A DNA stretch of 64,000 nucleotides from Chloroflexota bacterium. GTDB taxonomy: Bacteria; Chloroflexota; UBA11872. The DNA lies in the NCBI GenBank assembly GCA_965220075.1, contig OZ244806.1, forward strand, positions 268,647-332,646. The letters are read 5' to 3'. This document shows, piece by piece, positions 45,267 through 53,103 of this stretch (positions are counted from its first letter, which is position 1; every line of letters starts with the position of its first letter). The translations under genes and the position numbers were made by a program. The notes below the pieces were generated by a model. The model had not been told where the DNA came from. It did not search any database and saw only the letters and a list, made by a program, of their open reading frames with translations.

Positions 45267-46025
45267 ATGGCCGTTCGCGGAGTCATCTTCGACCTCTGGG
45301 ACACACTCGTGTCTCAGGAACCCATGCTCGGCTCGCCCAGCAATCGCGCGGGCGCGGCCCTGCTGGCGGGGGTTATTGAGCGCGGCGGGCTGATGCCGGA
45401 GCCGCCCGCCGCCGACCAGCTGGCGGAGTCGCTCGGCGAGGCGCTGCAAGAGGCTTTGATCGAGACCTACACCTCCCAGTGCGCGCTGCCCGACGTCCGC
45501 GGGGTGTTTGGCGCGGTCTTCGACCGCTTCGAGTGGGAGCCGCCGGCCGAGCTGATCGAGCTCATGCTTCCGGTCTACTTCCGGCCCTTCTTCGAGTCCA
45601 TGCGGCCGGCCGACCAGGCCGCCCCCGTGCTGGCGCTGCTGCGCAAGGCGGGGCTGCGCACCGCGATCATCGCCAATCTCCTCTACGGAGAAGACCTGCT
45701 CCTACAGCGCCTGCGCACCCTTGGCATCCTCCCCAGCGTGGACGCCTGCGTGCTGAGCACCGAAAGCGGCTGGTTCAAGCCGCATCCGGTCCCCTATCGC
45801 GAGGCGCGCACGCGTCTCGGGTTCGCGGCGGCCGACACGGTGATGGTGGGGGACGACTGGGACTTCGACGTGCGGACCCCCCAGCGTATGGGGATGCGGG
45901 CGGTCTGGCTGCGCCGCCCCGGCGCAACGCTGCCGGACGGCGTGGCGCCCGACGCCGTCATCGACGGGCTGGGCGATCTGCTGCCGGCGATCGCCGCGCT
46001 CGAGGCGTCCGGCCGGGTCGCGTGA
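45267..46025 (+). CDS. HAD-superfamily hydrolase
   Basis: Motif I VIFDLWDTL and the late MVGDDWDFD motif. Confidence 0.8.
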   Translation: MAVRGVIFDLWDTLVSQEPMLGSPSNRAGAALLAGVIERGGLMPEPPAADQLAESLGEALQEALIETYTSQCALPDVRGVFGAVFDRFEWEPPAELIELMLPVYFRPFFESMRPADQAAPVLALLRKAGLRTAIIANLLYGEDLLLQRLRTLGILPSVDACVLSTESGWFKPHPVPYREARTRLGFAAADTVMVGDDWDFDVRTPQRMGMRAVWLRRPGATLPDGVAPDAVIDGLGDLLPAIAALEASGRVA

Positions 46026-46798
46026 GCCGCCCGCCAGGCACTGCGCGCGCTCTCCTGCGCCGCATCTACCGGATCCCCAGTCCCACCTACAACCACGCCT
46101 CCAAGCGCAATCTGAAACGCTTTTTCGCGGCCGCGGCGGACCCGGTGACCGAACGGGGCGCCCGCCTGCTCAACGTTGGCGGCGGGAACCGTCTGCCGCC
46201 GCCCGACGTTGTCGGCGAGCGCGTGCGCGCCGCTCTGGTCAACGTGGACGTGGGACGGTTTCCGGCCGTGCGCTGTCTGGCCGATGCGCAGCGTCTGCCC
46301 TTCGCCTCGGGCAGCTTCGCGGGCATCCTCTCCACCGCCGTCCTCGAGCATCTGCCGGACCCCCGGCGGGCGGTCTCCGAAGCTCTGCGCGTGGCCGAGG
46401 TCGATGCGCTCCTCTACCTGGAAGTGCCCTTCCTGCAGGGCTATCACGCCTCGCCCAACGACTATCAGCGCTTTACCAGCAGCGGCCTTCGCCACCTGTT
46501 GCGCGGGCATGCCGACGTGGAGGTGGGCGTCTGCGTCGGCCCCAGCTCGGCGCTCAGCTGGGTTGCGCGCGGCTATCTGAAAGGCCTGCTCAGCGGGTTC
46601 TCGCGCCGCCGCAAAGCCGAGCGGCTGGCCGAGTTCGTGGCCGCCTGGCTTACCGTCCCGATCAAGTACCTGGATCGCTGGGTGGCCGACCGGCCGGCCG
46701 CCGAGGACCTCGCCTCCGGCTTCTACGTCTTTGCCCGCGTAGTCAAGCCACGATCCTCCCTTGCTGCCCCCTCTCCCGGTGGGAGAGGGCCGGGGTGA
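46022..46798 (+). CDS. Class I SAM-dependent methyltransferase
   Basis: GTGA overlap with the HAD gene. LLNVGGG, DAQRLPFASGSF and STAVLEHLPDP. The last ~10 codons and the stop lie inside a REP element. Confidence 0.75.
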   Translation: MSRPPGTARALLRRIYRIPSPTYNHASKRNLKRFFAAAADPVTERGARLLNVGGGNRLPPPDVVGERVRAALVNVDVGRFPAVRCLADAQRLPFASGSFAGILSTAVLEHLPDPRRAVSEALRVAEVDALLYLEVPFLQGYHASPNDYQRFTSSGLRHLLRGHADVEVGVCVGPSSALSWVARGYLKGLLSGFSRRRKAERLAEFVAAWLTVPIKYLDRWVADRPAAEDLASGFYVFARVVKPRSSLAAPSPGGRGPG

Positions 46799-46811
46799 GG
46801 GTGGCTTCCGG
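46767..46811. repeat. REP-like element, family B (CCCCCTCTCCCGGTGGGAGAGGGCCGGGGTGAGGGTGGCTTCCGG)
   Basis: Intact hairpin CCCTCTCCC-GGT-GGGAGAGGG with a conserved 3' tail. Confidence 0.75.
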
Positions 46812-46858
46812 GTCCAGATAAGCCGCCTGCCGCACGAGCGCCCTTTTTCGCGCCGATG

Positions 46859-47848
46859 TCACTCCAGCGTAACTACCCGCCGCTCGGCCGCCGACACGTA
46901 CGCCGCTTCGAGCACCCGCTGCACCTCCAGACCCACCTTCCCCGGCAGCTGGTGCTCGGCGCGGCCCTCCACGGCGTCCACGAAGTCCTCGATCAGCGGC
47001 AGGTCGTGCAGGGGGTTCCCCGCAAGGACCTGGCGCTCCACCTCGGACCCGCGCTGCACGATCAGCTCGTCGCCGCGCGTATAGGGCACGCGAATGTAGC
47101 CGTGGGTACACCAGACCTCGTAGTCGCCGCGCGCCGGGTTGACGCTCCAGCACGACGAGAGCGTCGCCTGCACGCCCGAGCGGTACTGGACTATCAGCGA
47201 CGCCGTGTCTTCCACGTCGCCCTTCAGTCCCCGGCGGTCCACGAACGCCGCCACCCGCGCCGCCTCGCCGGCCAGCGAGTGGAATGTCTCCAGACGGTGA
47301 CTGGCCAGGTCCATCAGGGGGCCGCCGCCGCTCTGAGCCAGGTCCAGCCGCCATGCCTTTGGATCGTCCGGCGTGAGGTCGAGCGCCGCCGAAGCATTCC
47401 CGTGCAGAGCGATCGGCGTGCCCAGATCGCCGCTGGACACGAGCTCACGCGCGCGCCGGTTGACTGGATAGAACCGCTGGTAGTAGGCCACGCCCAGCAC
47501 CACACGCGCGCGCTCCGCCGCCTCCACAAGCTCCTCCGCTTCGCCCAAATGCAGCGTCATCGGTTTCTCGACCAGGACGTGGAGACCGCGCTCGATGGCC
47601 GCCCGCGCCTGCGGAGCGTGCAATGCGACCGGAGTGGCTACGTAGACGGCGTCGATGGGCGCGCCCGCCAGCATCGCCTGGTAGTCGTGGTAGGCGTGCG
47701 GGACCTCGAACTCAGCGGCGCCGGCCGCGAGCGCGTCACGCCGCCGCCGGCAAATGGCGGTCAGCTCGCTGCGGCCATGTGCCCGAATGGCGGGCGCCAC
47801 GGCCTTTTGCGCGATGTCGCCGAACCCCACGATTCCCCAGCGCAGCAT
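46859..47848 (-). CDS. Gfo/Idh/MocA-family oxidoreductase
   Basis: WGIVGFGDIA Rossmann motif and LVEKPM motif. Confidence 0.88.
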   Translation of the reverse strand: MLRWGIVGFGDIAQKAVAPAIRAHGRSELTAICRRRRDALAAGAAEFEVPHAYHDYQAMLAGAPIDAVYVATPVALHAPQARAAIERGLHVLVEKPMTLHLGEAEELVEAAERARVVLGVAYYQRFYPVNRRARELVSSGDLGTPIALHGNASAALDLTPDDPKAWRLDLAQSGGGPLMDLASHRLETFHSLAGEAARVAAFVDRRGLKGDVEDTASLIVQYRSGVQATLSSCWSVNPARGDYEVWCTHGYIRVPYTRGDELIVQRGSEVERQVLAGNPLHDLPLIEDFVDAVEGRAEHQLPGKVGLEVQRVLEAAYVSAAERRVVTLE

Positions 47849-48050
47849 TCCCGCAGCCTCCGCGCGCTCCCCTAACGGATTGCGAGTCTCTCATGATGCC
47901 GGTGAGCGACCCCGCGCGCGAGAGCATGCACCGGGAGGACACCTCCGCCACGCGGGCGAAAAAGCCTGCCCCGTATCGAATACGGGGCAGCCGTCCAGAC
48001 ACGTCGTGCCTTGCGCCATGCCTGACCCGTACCCGATATGGCGTCCAGTA

Positions 48051-48108
48051 GGGGCGGGTTTCAAACCCGCCCCTTGTATGTTGCAAGACCCTCGGACCGA
48101 CCGGGGGA
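48051..48108 (+). repeat. Repeat family D copy 1: hairpin GGGGCGGGTTTCAAACCCGCCCC plus module CCCCTTGTATGTTGCAAGACCCTCGGACCGACCGGGGGA
   Basis: The 39-nt module matches 60753-60791 at 37 of 39 positions. Weaker similarity continues for roughly 40-60 nt. Confidence 0.75.
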
Positions 48109-48176
48109 ACAAGCAGGGCCGGAACGACCGACGTGTGACCACGCCCCTGCCAGTGAGACCACGCCCAAGCGGCCCC

Positions 48177-48195
48177 GCCTGGATTCCGGGTCGAG
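48177..48195. repeat. REP family E fragment (GCCTGGATTCCGGGTCGAG)
   Basis: Shares GCCTGGATTCCGGGTC with 2088-2103. Confidence 0.5.
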
Positions 48196-48211
48196 ACCGC
48201 GTGAGGCAAGG

Positions 48212-48284
48212 CAGCCCCGCCCGGACTCGAACCGGGGCGCATGGTTTAGGAAACCACTGCTCTGTCCAACTGAGCTACGGGGCC
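48212..48284 (-). tRNA. tRNA-Arg (CCT)
   Basis: Hand-folded cloverleaf GGCCCCG-TA-GCTC-AGTTGGACA-GAGC-A-GTGGT-TTCCTAA-ACCAT-GCGC-CCCGG-TTCGAGT-CCGGG-CGGGGCT. No encoded CCA. Confidence 0.85.
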
Positions 48285-48466
48285 AAGGAGGTCACCGTGC
48301 GCCTGCCTGCGCGCGTCCGCACGGCAGACAGGCGTCGAGCATAGTCGACCCGGCGGCGCGGGCCATCTCGGGAGATGCGCCACCCCGGCCGCACGTCAAA
48401 GGCCGTCCCCACCCGGTCGAGCCGTGAAGGGGACAAGAACCGGCGCGTGCCGCATCCGAGGCGCGG

Positions 48467-48482
48467 GCGGTTCGCGAACCGC
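48467..48482. repeat. REP family A copy (GCGGTTCGCGAACCGC)
   Basis: Perfect 16-nt palindrome. Confidence 0.7.
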
Positions 48483-48513
48483 TGCGAGTTTAGTCAGTGC
48501 TCCGGTCGGATTG

Positions 48514-48597
48514 TCGAAATGCTTTTGACTATGCAACTCTAAATCGTGTGCAATACGACTATACGTCGGTGTGAATAGAACTATTCGACATGCTTTT
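48514..48597 (+). promoter_or_regulatory. Fic upstream region: 13-nt direct repeat TCGA(A/C)ATGCTTTT (48514-48526, 48585-97) flanking a TTGACT-18 nt-TGCAAT promoter-like pair
   Basis: Read directly. The second repeat contains the Fic ATG. The region is noticeably AT-richer than its surroundings. Confidence 0.35.
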
Positions 48598-49762
48598 CCA
48601 CACGCCGCCGCTCGAGGAGCAGGAAGCGGACGTCTGCGCACGCGTGGACGAGCTGCGCACCTCTCTGCGCGGCCAGGTCTCGGAGGAGCGGCGCTGGACT
48701 GGGCTGCTGCGGCGTGTCTCGTCCGCCCGCGCAATTCAGGCGTCCAACAGCATCGAGGGGCTGGATGTCACGCTGGACGACGCCGTGGCGGCCGTGGGCG
48801 GCGGCGACCCGCTGGACGCCCCCGAAAGCGTATGGGCGGCCATCCGGGGATACCGCGACGCCATGACGTTCGTCCTGCAGCTGGCGGACGATCCGCACTT
48901 CGAGTACGACGCCTCGCTGATCAGGAGCCTGCACTACATGATGATGCAGTACGACCTGAGCAAGCACCCTGGCCGCTGGCGGCCGGGACCCATATACGTT
49001 CGCGACGAGCGGACGCGGGCGGTCGTGTACGAGGGGCCGGACGCCGTTGAGGTTCCCAGGCTCATGGCGGAGCTGATTGCGGAGCTGCGCGAACAGGACC
49101 AGAGCGTCCCCCCCGTAGTACGGGGCGCGATGGCGCATCTCAACCTGGCCCTGATCCACCCGTTCCGGGACGGCAACGGCCGGATGGCGCGCGGGCTGCA
49201 GACGCTCGTGCTGGCGCGCGAGGGGATTCTGGCGCCCGAGCTCTCAAGCATTGAGGAGTACTTGGGCCGCAACACGGACGCGTACTACGCGGTGCTGGCC
49301 GAGGTCAGCGGGGGCGCGTGGCAGCCTCGCAGAAGCGCCCGCCCGTGGGTCCGGTTCGCGCTGACCGCACACTACCGGCAGGTCGAGACGCTGCGCCGCC
49401 GAGCGATCGAGGCGGAGCGCCGCTGGGACGCCCTCGACCAGGAAATCCAGCGCCGGCGCCTACTGGAGCGGTCCGTCGGCGCCCTGTGGGACGCCGCGCT
49501 GGGCTTCCGGGTGCGCAACTCGACGTACCGCGAGTTCGCGGAGGTGGGCATCGCAGTCGCGGGCCGCGACCTGAAGGCGCTTGCCGACGCGGGTCTGCTG
49601 GTGGCGCGGGGACAAGCCCGCGGCCGGCATTACGTGGCTTCCGAGAAGCTGAAGGAGATCGAGGCGTCGATCCGCCGCGATCGGCGGCCGATCCCCGACC
49701 CATTCCAGGAGGACCCGCGCCAGCGGGTGTTTACGCTCACGGGCGAGCCCGGCGCGGGTTGA
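48590..49762 (+). CDS. Class II Fic-domain protein (AMPylase-type) with C-terminal winged-helix
   Basis: Fic motif HPFRDGNGRMARG. The N-terminal inhibitory-helix motif SNSIEG matches [ST]xxxE[GN]. Confidence 0.9.
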   Translation: MLFHTPPLEEQEADVCARVDELRTSLRGQVSEERRWTGLLRRVSSARAIQASNSIEGLDVTLDDAVAAVGGGDPLDAPESVWAAIRGYRDAMTFVLQLADDPHFEYDASLIRSLHYMMMQYDLSKHPGRWRPGPIYVRDERTRAVVYEGPDAVEVPRLMAELIAELREQDQSVPPVVRGAMAHLNLALIHPFRDGNGRMARGLQTLVLAREGILAPELSSIEEYLGRNTDAYYAVLAEVSGGAWQPRRSARPWVRFALTAHYRQVETLRRRAIEAERRWDALDQEIQRRRLLERSVGALWDAALGFRVRNSTYREFAEVGIAVAGRDLKALADAGLLVARGQARGRHYVASEKLKEIEASIRRDRRPIPDPFQEDPRQRVFTLTGEPGAG

Positions 49763-49816
49763 GAGTGCGGCCGCGGTGGGCACCTCTCCGCAACGTGATC
49801 CCTGCGGGCGTTGATG
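49559..49816 (+). repeat. Direct repeat R1 (3' end of Fic gene plus ~50 nt downstream)
   Basis: Aligns by eye with 52739-52983, roughly three quarters identical, with long identical runs such as GGGCCGCGACCTGA, GCCCGCGGCCGG, CCGCGCCAGCGGGTGTTT and TTGAGAGTG. Confidence 0.7.
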
Positions 49817-49952
49817 GGGAAAGGGTCACGCCTGGAATGTGTCTTGCCTCCCTAGTCGGCTCGCTGGCTAAGTGTGACGCGTCGTTCGCGGCGCGTCACG
49901 TTTCTATTAAGACCCGGGATCGCTGCCGACCCTGGCCCGTGATGTTCCCGCC

Positions 49953-50051
49953 GTGAGTTCCATACCGACGTGCGTCTACGTTGACGGCTTCAATCTTTAC
50001 TACGGCGCGCTGCGATGCCAGTCGTACAGGTGGCTGGATCTGTGTGAGTTC
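49953..50051 (+). pseudogene. 5' fragment of an NYN/LabA-like ribonuclease gene
   Basis: VSSIPTCVYVDGFNLYYGALRCQSYRWLDLCEF is the canonical NYN N-terminus. Similarity is lost after about 33 codons in all frames. Confidence 0.5.
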
Positions 50052-50159
50052 AGTCGCCGCCGCGAATCTGATCAGTCGGGCATTGGCGCTGCCGGGAGTC
50101 GCAGTTGGGAGCGTGACTGTAGGCACTCAACAGATCAGGCATTCAAGTACCCTCATCTT

Positions 50160-50232
50160 CTCCCTGACAGGACGCGAACCTGCGACACGCGGTTTTCGAA
50201 TCCGCTGCTCTATCCAACTGAGCTACCGGGAG
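50160..50232 (-). tRNA. Aberrant tRNA-like sequence (Arg-type body, anticodon position reads CGA), probable pseudo-tRNA
   Basis: CTCCCGG-TA-GCTC-AGTTGGATA-GAGC-A-GCGGA-TTCGAAA-ACCGC-GTGTC-GCAGG-TTCGCGT-CCTGT-CAGGGAG. It has G6-A67 and A31-A39 mismatches and a short variable arm that is incompatible with tRNA-Ser. Confidence 0.55.
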
Positions 50233-50402
50233 TCGATGGAGGATCGGGCTTCCGTGATCGTGCCGTAGGCGGCCGTAAACGGATGAACGGCCGCTATCGT
50301 TCTGGCGGTAACTGGGCATATCGTCACCTCCTCTTTCGCAGCGGTGGCGGTCGCCACTGCGGAATGCGTGTGAATTCATGCCGCCTATAGCAGCTGAGTC
50401 AT

Positions 50403-51748
50403 CTAAGGGCGCTCGAGGTCGTTAAGTATGACGTCTAAGGCCGCCTCGGATATCTTGTGCTCGCGATGCGTCTCATCCAAGAACACGGAAAACGATCCGT
50501 TGCCTACTCTTTGTGCCGTCTGCCTAACCTGCTCTTCATAGAGCACGTATTCGGTGCCGCCGAAGCAGCACGGATCATATCGGTTGAGCACCTGGATTTG
50601 TCGGCGTGTTTCCCCATAAGTACCAAGCACATAAAGCTCCAGATAGTTGGCCAGTGCATAGAGGCCATGGTGAGTCTGTTCGTAATCCCTCCCGCTCCCA
50701 AAGACGAGGGGCAGTGATCCGGCCACGGGATAGCTGCGTACGATGCGTGGCTCCAAGGCCGCCGCCAGCGTGGTGGTCCAGCCGCCGCCCGAAACACCCA
50801 CCATGGCAACCATGTCGTAGCGTAACTCTGCCACCGCATAGTTCAGGAAGACTATGACCGGCTCGACGAAGAACTTCAATGGTGAGAAGACCTCGGACTC
50901 GAGCAGCCTAAGATCAGAATGTCCTCGCAACGTTATGTTCCCGTCCGGAGTCTCAAAAACCAGTGGGCCATTTATGCCCCTCCCCAACGGCATAGCAAAT
51001 GCCGCGACTGTGTAACCGTGTTGGAGGAAGAATTGGATCGTGTCTACGCCCAGGATAAAGTCGCCGCCATGTCCTTGATGGTAGATGAGCAACCGGCTAT
51101 TCGAGCTGCGGGGATGGAAGAGGTAGATTGCGCCCCGAACTCCATCCGGACTTCGATTCGATCTATGCTTGCCAGGTTTTCGATGCTGGCGTATCTGGAG
51201 TCAGAGATACCCTTGTCGACAGCATCGGGTGTCTTCGTAGCAGGAAACCCCGCTTCTCGCCAGATGAACCTGATCAGCCGCTGACGTTTTGCAGTCAACT
51301 CCTGGGCGCTGATGCGGTCGAGACGGAGCAAGTCTTCCTGGAAGAGTCTGCGCTGCGCACCCTGTAAGAGGGACGGCTGGTTGGCAGCGTCGCGGGGCGC
51401 ACCAAGACTCACCCAGTGGTCATAGCTGTTCTCACCGTGGCCAATAGAACCGAATCGGCCAATCCAGCTCCGGAAGTCAGCATTGCACTCGCGGCCGCCG
51501 AGCAAGGCCCCGCCACAAGACTGCGGGGTCGAGGTTGGTAGGGCTGATGGGGTGGCTGCGGCGGGTGATGGTACGCGCGTCGCGGGAGGTGTGGGTGCGG
51601 TGACCGCAACTGCTGGAGTGGTCGTCACTTGGGCAGCAGGAAGGGGGCGTGTGTCTTCACTACGCTCCCGGAAAGCGAACGCACCGATGAGGAGGAGGAC
51701 TGCGAGCGTTCCCACAATGAAGATGGAACCTTGTGAAAGTCTTCGCAA
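50403..51748 (-). pseudogene. Signal-anchored alpha/beta hydrolase (lipase/esterase-like) split by a frameshift at the C4 run 51133-51136
   Basis: ORFs 51044-51748 and 50403-51092 overlap. Shifting frame at GGGG (minus sense) gives a continuous ...EVRMEFGGAIYLFHPRSSNSRLLIYHQGHGGD... The nucleophile elbow GVSGGG lies downstream. Confidence 0.65.
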
Positions 51749-52230
51749 GTTCTCACCACCTGCTGTGCAACGTCCTCAGGACCCTCGCTTTGGGTGTCTC
51801 ACGCTCGGCTTTTGAGACCAACTCCTAGTCGAACAGTTGCTTGGACTTCGCCAATCTGGCCACAGGGTGCTCAACACTCTCCGCGAACGCCTCCCCGGTA
51901 GTCGGCGCGCCCCCATCGCGGGCAGCATGACCTGAACGCCGCCGGTCCCTGCCCATTCCTCTCCCATGTGGCGCGCGCGATGTCGCTCATGCCGCTCCTG
52001 CTCTATTCTGATGGTACACGGAATGGAGCGCCTACACCTATTCGGTGACCAGTCCGCCGAGTCGGAGCGTGCGACAGTCGGTTGTGTCGTACGTTGTGGC
52101 TCATCATCTTGGGCCTGGGTGAGCCGCGCATGGCCGTTAGGCAACAACGTGCTCGGAACAAGATATCGTGACACCGAATCTGCTTGCGCATGCCCCAGGC
52201 CGCTCGGCGCTCATACCAGCATCTAGTCGG

Positions 52231-52263
52231 GATGCCGCTCTGCTTAGCGAGCAGAGCGGCATC
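52231..52263. repeat. Perfect 14-bp-stem hairpin (GATGCCGCTCTGCT-TAGCG-AGCAGAGCGGCATC) followed by the most AT-rich tract of the window
   Basis: Read directly. The AT-rich tract spans 52264-52330. Confidence 0.7.
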
Positions 52264-52738
52264 AATTCTCTTATCTAGATCACAATTGTAAATCATTTTA
52301 TTCAACCTTAATGGAGCGTGTGGGGTAAAGTCCCACTTAGGCGCGTCAGCCGTAATAAAGTTGGGCCGGATTGCGATAATTTTCCGGTCGGAAACGGTCC
52401 GGCGGCGTGTCCGGCCGATCCTGGCCGAGGAAGTCATCGAGCGGCGGGCGACGGATTTCCGATTCTCCCGGCTCTTCCGGTTAGACGCCCTAGTAGCCAA
52501 GCGAAGCCGGCCGCCTTTGCCCCGCGTGTCAGGATCGTCGAGGTCGACAACCTGCCGGTCGTAGGGCGGAGTGCCCGAGCGCACCAGGACCCGCGGTCGG
52601 TCTTGATGCGCCGGGCGCGCTCGTGCTCGTCGGCCAGGGTCCGCAGGGCTAGCGCCATGTGGCCCGGCGTCTTGGCCTTGGGCGATTTGAGGGTGTCGCC
52701 GAGGTAGACGTGGGCGCCTTCGTCGGGCGCACGCCGCT

Positions 52739-52938
52739 GCGGGCCGCGACCTGACGGCGCTCGATGGGGACTGCTGATGGGGCAGGGGCAGGCCCGCGGC
52801 CGGTATTACGCGGCCTAAGACACGCTGAAATCCCTGGAATTGTCGATTCGCAGCGACCGGCAGCCGATTCCCGATCCGTTCGAGCAGGATCCGCGCCAGC
52901 GGGTGTTTGCGCTCGTGGATGCGCCGCGCGCGGATTGA
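52739..52938 (+). pseudogene. Degenerate 3' fragment of a second Fic-family gene (repeat R2)
   Basis: Translates to AGRDLTALDGDC*, then after a frame slip to GLLMGQGQARGRYYAA*DTLKSLELSIRSDRQPIPDPFEQDPRQRVFALVDAPRAD*. This is colinear with the Fic C-terminus. Confidence 0.65.
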
Positions 52939-52996
52939 GAGTGGGGCACCCGCCGGACCAACTGGTAATCCCGCGGTTGACGGCTCTCAGGTAAGC

Positions 52997-53017
52997 GCGG
53001 CGGTTCGCGAGCCGCTC
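52997..53017. repeat. REP family A copy (GCGGCGGTTCGCGAGCCGCTC, imperfect)
   Basis: Read directly. Coordinates approximate to within 2 nt. Confidence 0.6.
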
Positions 53018-53026
53018 CGACCGGGC

Positions 53027-53103
53027 TGGTAGGGCATGCGGGATTCGAACCCGCGATCTCCGCCTTGAGAGGGCGGTGTCCTGGGCCGCTAGACGAATGC
53101 CCC
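53027..53103 (-). tRNA. tRNA-Glu (CTC) with encoded CCA
   Basis: GGGGCAT-TC-GTC-TAGCGGCCCAG-GAC-A-CCGCC-CTCTCAA-GGCGG-AGATC-GCGGG-TTCGAAT-CCCGC-ATGCCCT-A-CCA. The D-arm is typical of tRNA-Glu. Confidence 0.88.

Noticed and set aside
48551-48566. String CAATACGACTATACG resembling the T7 promoter core TAATACGACTCACTATA
   Set aside because: It lacks the CAC segment and the initiating GGG, and there is no phage RNA polymerase context. Considered coincidental.
51749-52735. ORF fragments in the low-GC insert (for example 52003-52584, 52434-52658, 51776-52174)
   Set aside because: Some stretches look protein-like (PDEGAHVYLGDTLKSPKAKTPGHMALALRTLADEHERARRIKTDRG; KWDFTPHAPLRLNKMIYNCDLDKRIDAALLAKQSGIP). 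However, the frames break repeatedly and I cannot assign a family. They are left as probable gene debris rather than called as features.
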